In this document: piece by piece, positions 59,599 to 64,000 of the stretch
Numbering within the stretch: position 1 is the stretch's first letter
Layout of the letters: each line of letters opens with the position of its first letter
Assembly (NCBI GenBank): GCA_963667015.2
Contig: CAXXJJ010000004.1
Coordinates: 192,001-256,000, forward strand
Reading direction: 5' to 3'
From: Desulfatiglandales bacterium
Lineage (GTDB): Bacteria; Desulfobacterota; DSM-4660; Desulfatiglandales; HGW-15
DNA length: 64,000 nucleotides
Program-made: the position numbers and the translations under genes
The notes under the pieces: model-generated
Told to the model about the DNA's origin: nothing
Database searches by the model: none
The model's input: the letters and a program-made list of their open reading frames with translations, nothing else

Positions 59599-60216
59599 AT
59601 GGAACGGGAACAGATAATTGAAAAGATACTGGCAATGGAATGGAATATGTTTACGAGTGTCAAAGGGGCCAGCGGACGTTCTTCATGCCAGGATGATAAA
59701 AGGACATTTTTAGTCATGAGAATGGCACAGGCTGATATCTGGAGTACTGATACACTGAGCAGCTATCTCGAAGACCTGGAATCTGCAGACAAAGATGATA
59801 TGAATCTCATGACAATAAAATATGCCCGAATGATGGAGATAACCTTTCCTGATGAGTATGAAAACATTAAAGACAGGCTGCCCTCCATATCAGAAAACAC
59901 TCACAATCTGGTAAGAGAAATAGTCGGTTACCACCTTGCATGGTCTATTGAGGCATCAAAGAAATATCCCAGACTTTTTTCTCTCGGCCGTCCTGTTGAC
60001 ACTGCAGAAATGAAAACTCAGCATACCATTTCTATTGAAAATTACCTGCGAAGCGAACTGCTTACATATTCCGAAAATACACTAAGGCTGTGTCTGAAAG
60101 ACACAATGGAAGCATTTGATAATAAAGTGAATCTTTCCATGGAAGTACTGAGAAATACGGCAAAGAGATATGGATATGGTTCTCTGGATGAACTAGAAGA
60201 AAGACTGTCACGTTAA
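59599..60216 (+). CDS. DUF4125-family protein
   Basis: EWNMF..V...GRSSCQDD..TF..MR, KYARMM, SIENYLRSELLTYS. Confidence 0.8.
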   Translation: MEREQIIEKILAMEWNMFTSVKGASGRSSCQDDKRTFLVMRMAQADIWSTDTLSSYLEDLESADKDDMNLMTIKYARMMEITFPDEYENIKDRLPSISENTHNLVREIVGYHLAWSIEASKKYPRLFSLGRPVDTAEMKTQHTISIENYLRSELLTYSENTLRLCLKDTMEAFDNKVNLSMEVLRNTAKRYGYGSLDELEERLSR

Positions 60217-60219
60217 CTA

Positions 60220-60372
60220 GTGTCCATCCAGAAATAACAAAAATCCGGATGGAGCTTTCAGCATTCAGCTATCAGCCGTCAGCTAAAGCTCTGCTTTAAA
60301 AGCATTTAGCCAAAAGCTGAACGCTGACAGCTGACCGCGGCTATTCAAAAACGACAGTTTTTGGATGGGCAC
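60220..60372. mobile_element. MITE-like non-autonomous element (153 bp)
   Basis: TIRs GTGTCCATCCAGAAA / TTTTTGGATGGGCAC; direct repeat TAACTA at 60214-60219 and 60373-60378; internal inverted heptamer arrays. Confidence 0.75.
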
Positions 60373-60611
60373 TAACTAAAACAGCCTGTTTTTCCAGCTC
60401 TGTGACGGTTTGAGCGTTGTATTGGCATTTACCAGATCTTGAATCTTTAGCCAGTGAAATTCATATATATGACAGCAGAGCGGATTTCACAGTGCTTTCC
60501 ACAGGCCTTCTTCCGGAGGAACAACTGGATAAGATAGACAGGTCTATGTAGTAAGGTGGAGAAAGATTCTACATATTCACCATGTTTAATACTTGAGATA
60601 CCGGAGAGAAA

Positions 60612-62657
60612 CTAATCAACGAGAAACAGGGACTGGTCTGTGAGGAGGCTCAAGACTCCTGATGATACACTTCCCAAAAGCAACCGCTTGATCCCTGACA
60701 GGCCTCTTTTTCCCATGACTACAGTCCCATATTGCCCGGAATTGACGGTTTCAGTCAGGGCGGAAACCACATTGCTTTCGGGACCTAATAGCTGAAGGGG
60801 GGTGTTCCAGTCAAGCCCGGCTGCAGCTTTGAGATGTCTCCAGCGACTACGGGCAACATGGGGACTGCCGTTAAGAACATGAATGAAACGCACCGAGAAA
60901 CCTTCCGCCGCTAGGTAGCCCCCTTTTAGAAAGGACATTACCAGCAGGCTTGCATCAGATAGATCAACCGGAGCGAGGATCTTTTTCCGGTTTTCGTTGG
61001 AATTCAGAAACGCCACGACAGTCCTGCCCTCCCTGTAGAGCATTTTTTTGCGCCAGGGATCTATAACGTTCGAGCCCAGGAAAATTCTGCCATAGCTGCC
61101 CCTGGAGATAATCGAATCGATGATATCCTTCCTGCCGGAGGTCGATTCCTTCAAGCCATCACCGGGTGAAGTATCGTATTGAACAGATGTATCGTATATA
61201 TCGATAGAACTACCAAAAGTATCCTGAGCCCATCGAATGAAATTCTTTTTAGCATCGTCAAAAAACGTATCGTTGTTTTCCGGTCTTAAAAAGAGCATTG
61301 CCGGACGGTAGGAACACCTGGTTTGCCTGTCCGTATGGCTGGTAAGAAGAGGGAGGCATTGTTTAAAGGTTTGCATGTCACCGGAATTGGCTATTAGCCA
61401 CAGGGTTTTGCATGTTCGGGTTAAAAGCTTATGGGCCAGGTCAGTCCTGTCATAAATCAGCTTTGGCCAACGGGCGCAGCAAATACCCTTCTCCAGGATC
61501 ACCCGTTTCAGACACCGGTTGCAGTTGATGCACTGTGTTATTTTCCTGGTGCTATCCCCGGCCTTTTTCACCCATCCCGGATCGCACAGGAGCGGGCGCC
61601 CAAGCCCGATTAGATCCGCTGTGCCATCTCGAATAAGTTTTTCAGCAACTGAAGGAGTTGTTATTCTTCCGGATATTATAACGGGTATATTCACAGAATC
61701 CCTAAGGGCTTTGACATCATCACTGAGGTAGGCTATCTTTCCCATACCTTCTAATGCATGTCTGGAAAAAATGGAATTGAACGTACCAGCCGAGGCAGAC
61801 AGGTAGGCAATCCCTTTTTGTTTCAGCAGCTTTGCAAATGCCAGCGCTTCGTACAGATCAACACCTCCCGGAACCCATTCTTTGAGAATAAGTCTGAATC
61901 CCACAGGGAAGTCATGAGGAAGATGCTGTTTTACCGCCTGTATCACGGCAAGGGGAAATGTCGATCTTGCGTTCAAATCACCTCCGAAACCGGATGTAAG
62001 TTTATTGGTAAAGGTAGAAAGATACTGGCATAGAAGATAACCGTTGGCACCATGCAGTTCGACCATGTCAAAACCGGCTTGAAAAGCCCTTTGAGCAGCG
62101 TTTGAAAAATCGTCGATCACCCGGTTACAATCCTCGTAATCCATGGCATGTCTCCAGTTTTTAGCCTGATGCAAAAACTCCCTGGTGAGACTGAAACGTT
62201 TTTCAAAAGGAAAAAATTCCATGAATCCTTTCAAGGATTCGACATTGAATGAAAAGTGCTCATAGCTCAGTGGAGATGGGAGAAGTGGACGAGTGGTTTT
62301 CCCGAACCGACCTGCATGGTTTAGCTGAAGACAGGCAATGGCACCATTATCCTTTATTGCAGAGGCCAACTCGGACAGACCATGGATAAAAGCATCATTG
62401 TCAACTCGTAGATTATAGCGTGAAACCACTCCGTCCGACGACACAGCGGCATTAGCAACCACTACCATGCCTGCGCCCGAGCGAGCCAGCATTGTGTAAA
62501 AATCGACCAGCCAGGAACTGACACGGCCATCCGGATAAGCATTGCCGGTATGAACAGGAAGAGAAACAAGCCTGTTTTTAAGTTGAACCATGCCAAGCTT
62601 CATCGGGCTGAAAAGAAAAGGATGATCGATGCTTTTCTGTTTATTTTCATGGCTCAT
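60612..62657 (-). CDS. NADH:flavin oxidoreductase (OYE family) fused to a universal stress protein domain
   Basis: QLNHAGR, ELHGANGYL, GLGRPLL.DP, CINCNRC; C-terminal ILAPVDLS...VVMGKRGLSGIKRLLLGSVS. Confidence 0.88.
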   Translation of the reverse strand: MSHENKQKSIDHPFLFSPMKLGMVQLKNRLVSLPVHTGNAYPDGRVSSWLVDFYTMLARSGAGMVVVANAAVSSDGVVSRYNLRVDNDAFIHGLSELASAIKDNGAIACLQLNHAGRFGKTTRPLLPSPLSYEHFSFNVESLKGFMEFFPFEKRFSLTREFLHQAKNWRHAMDYEDCNRVIDDFSNAAQRAFQAGFDMVELHGANGYLLCQYLSTFTNKLTSGFGGDLNARSTFPLAVIQAVKQHLPHDFPVGFRLILKEWVPGGVDLYEALAFAKLLKQKGIAYLSASAGTFNSIFSRHALEGMGKIAYLSDDVKALRDSVNIPVIISGRITTPSVAEKLIRDGTADLIGLGRPLLCDPGWVKKAGDSTRKITQCINCNRCLKRVILEKGICCARWPKLIYDRTDLAHKLLTRTCKTLWLIANSGDMQTFKQCLPLLTSHTDRQTRCSYRPAMLFLRPENNDTFFDDAKKNFIRWAQDTFGSSIDIYDTSVQYDTSPGDGLKESTSGRKDIIDSIISRGSYGRIFLGSNVIDPWRKKMLYREGRTVVAFLNSNENRKKILAPVDLSDASLLVMSFLKGGYLAAEGFSVRFIHVLNGSPHVARSRWRHLKAAAGLDWNTPLQLLGPESNVVSALTETVNSGQYGTVVMGKRGLSGIKRLLLGSVSSGVLSLLTDQSLFLVD

Positions 62658-62758
62658 GGCGGATTTGTTTTTTTCTTTATCAATATTTTTAATCAGATTA
62701 TTATAATAACAATATCATTGATGAAAAAACAGATAAAAAAACCTATTTTAGAGATGCC

Positions 62759-63847
62759 ATGGAATCTGCCATTCTTATCACAGGATCGTCAGGGTATCTG
62801 GGCTCGGCGCTTTGCGTAGATCTTTCCAGGGATCACAATGTTATTGGTTTATATAGACGTTATCCCTCAAAAAAACTGAGAGAGGCGGCGCCCGGTGTGC
62901 AGTGGAGAAAAGGCGATATCGTTGACAGATCCTGCGTTGACCTTGCTTTTGAACGCGGGGCGGCAAATGGATTCCGGATCGACTATGTCATTCATTTAGC
63001 AGCCTATACCGATTTCGGTGAAAAATGGCATGATGAATATTACGATTCCAATATACTCGGTACCGACAATATTATAAAAATAGCCAGCGAAGCCGGTGTA
63101 CGAAGGATTCTTTTTTCCGGAAGCGTTGTCGCCATGCCACCTCTTCCCGATGGAAGTTTACTAACGGAGAAGTCCCCTGCCTGTGGAATCACTGCCTATC
63201 CCTTAAGCAAAGCCATGGGTGAAAAGATGCTCAAGGAGAATTCGAACAGGGTCCCGATCATTGTGTTGCGTATTGGAGGGGTGTTTACGGACTGGTGTGA
63301 ACTTCCTCCTCTATATAGTGTCATGAAATTGTGGAGCAAACCTTTTATAGGTCGAATAATGCCTGGCCGGGGTAATTCCGGTTTTCCATATATTCACAGA
63401 AAGGATCTGGTGGGAATCGTAAGAAAAATCGTGGAAAAAGATGCCTGCCTTGACCGATTCGAAACATTGTTCGCCTCGCATGAAGGCTGCACTTACCAGA
63501 AAGAGTTGTTTCCCATCATCAGAAAGGAATCCAATAAAAGGTTTTGCATGAAACCGCTAAACGTTCCCCCTGTTCTGGCAAAACCAGCTCTTCATGCCAA
63601 GTATGTCTTAAATACATTGTTAAGAAAAGAAACCTATGAACGTGCCTGGATGATTGATTTTGTGGATCGACCGTTTAGGGTGGACACAACTTATACCCGG
63701 GAAAAATTGGGCTGGAATCCCACACCCGGGCTGCACATACTGGAGCGTCTGCCTGTTCTTATGAAAAATTTTACAAGCCATTACAGGCAGTGGGATATTC
63801 GAAATATAAGAAGAAATGAGCAAAAATATGAATATAATCCGGATTAG
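62759..63847 (+). CDS. NAD-dependent epimerase/dehydratase (extended SDR)
   Basis: TGSSGYLG, HLAAY, YPLSK. Confidence 0.88.
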   Translation: MESAILITGSSGYLGSALCVDLSRDHNVIGLYRRYPSKKLREAAPGVQWRKGDIVDRSCVDLAFERGAANGFRIDYVIHLAAYTDFGEKWHDEYYDSNILGTDNIIKIASEAGVRRILFSGSVVAMPPLPDGSLLTEKSPACGITAYPLSKAMGEKMLKENSNRVPIIVLRIGGVFTDWCELPPLYSVMKLWSKPFIGRIMPGRGNSGFPYIHRKDLVGIVRKIVEKDACLDRFETLFASHEGCTYQKELFPIIRKESNKRFCMKPLNVPPVLAKPALHAKYVLNTLLRKETYERAWMIDFVDRPFRVDTTYTREKLGWNPTPGLHILERLPVLMKNFTSHYRQWDIRNIRRNEQKYEYNPD

Positions 63848-64000
63848 GGGCGACAGACAACAGGGTACTCTAAAATATCGTGCGGGTGTCATGACAATCG
63901 CATGGACAAAAATCTAAAAGATATTCCGGTTGCACCTCCATAGGATAAGAAAAGTATATTGACATACCAAAGTCAGATCCATATACTTCACTCCGCCAGA

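Noticed and set aside
60258..60340. Heptamer repeats as CRISPR or coding repeat
   Set aside because: Short tandem heptamers inside TIRs, with no spacers and no ORF.
60410..60551. Short open frame LPDLESLASEIHIYDSRADF... after the MITE
   Set aside because: No clear start and no recognisable family; at most a gene remnant.
282..63892. Numerous antisense and nested ORFs in the six-frame track (e.g. 3884-4666+, 44898-45563+, 47506-48180+)
   Set aside because: They are shadows of well-supported genes on the opposite strand or in another frame, with no motifs of their own.

Overview
Bacterial chromosomal window of moderate GC. Gene content and order (plsB, DUF151-PHP, mutL-miaA, thrS-infC-rpmI-rplT-pheST-merR, PEP-CTERM, multiheme cytochrome) suggest an anaerobic deltaproteobacterium (Desulfobacterota); this is inference. 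Left to right: (1) a MoxR-DUF58-BatA/B/C/D operon with an extra TPR+SurA-like gene; (2) plsB and a DUF151/PHP/transglutaminase/ABC block; (3) a 7.3 kb accessory zone between two convergent tRNA-Leu genes, holding an AT-rich 2TM-TPR gene, a truncated gene resembling T7-like capsid scaffolds, an orphan IS21-type end, a decayed gene, a sigma54-driven PEP-CTERM gene, DUF2891 and an amidohydrolase; (4) radC and Zn-PLC-mutL-miaA; (5) a cytochrome b / Rieske / octaheme-TPR operon split by an intact IS and divergent from a lipoprotein sulfatase; (6) rlmI, a MacAB-TolC-like exporter with CpxR-like boxes, and a sirtuin; (7) the thrS-pheT cluster followed by a DUF4037/DUF4125 pair, a MITE, an OYE-USP fusion and an SDR. 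The best candidates for undescribed systems are the Rieske/cyt b/octaheme-TPR plus sulfatase locus and the decayed satellite-like element at tRNA-Leu(UAA). No CRISPR array or rRNA was seen. All family calls come from reading motifs by eye, not from database searches.
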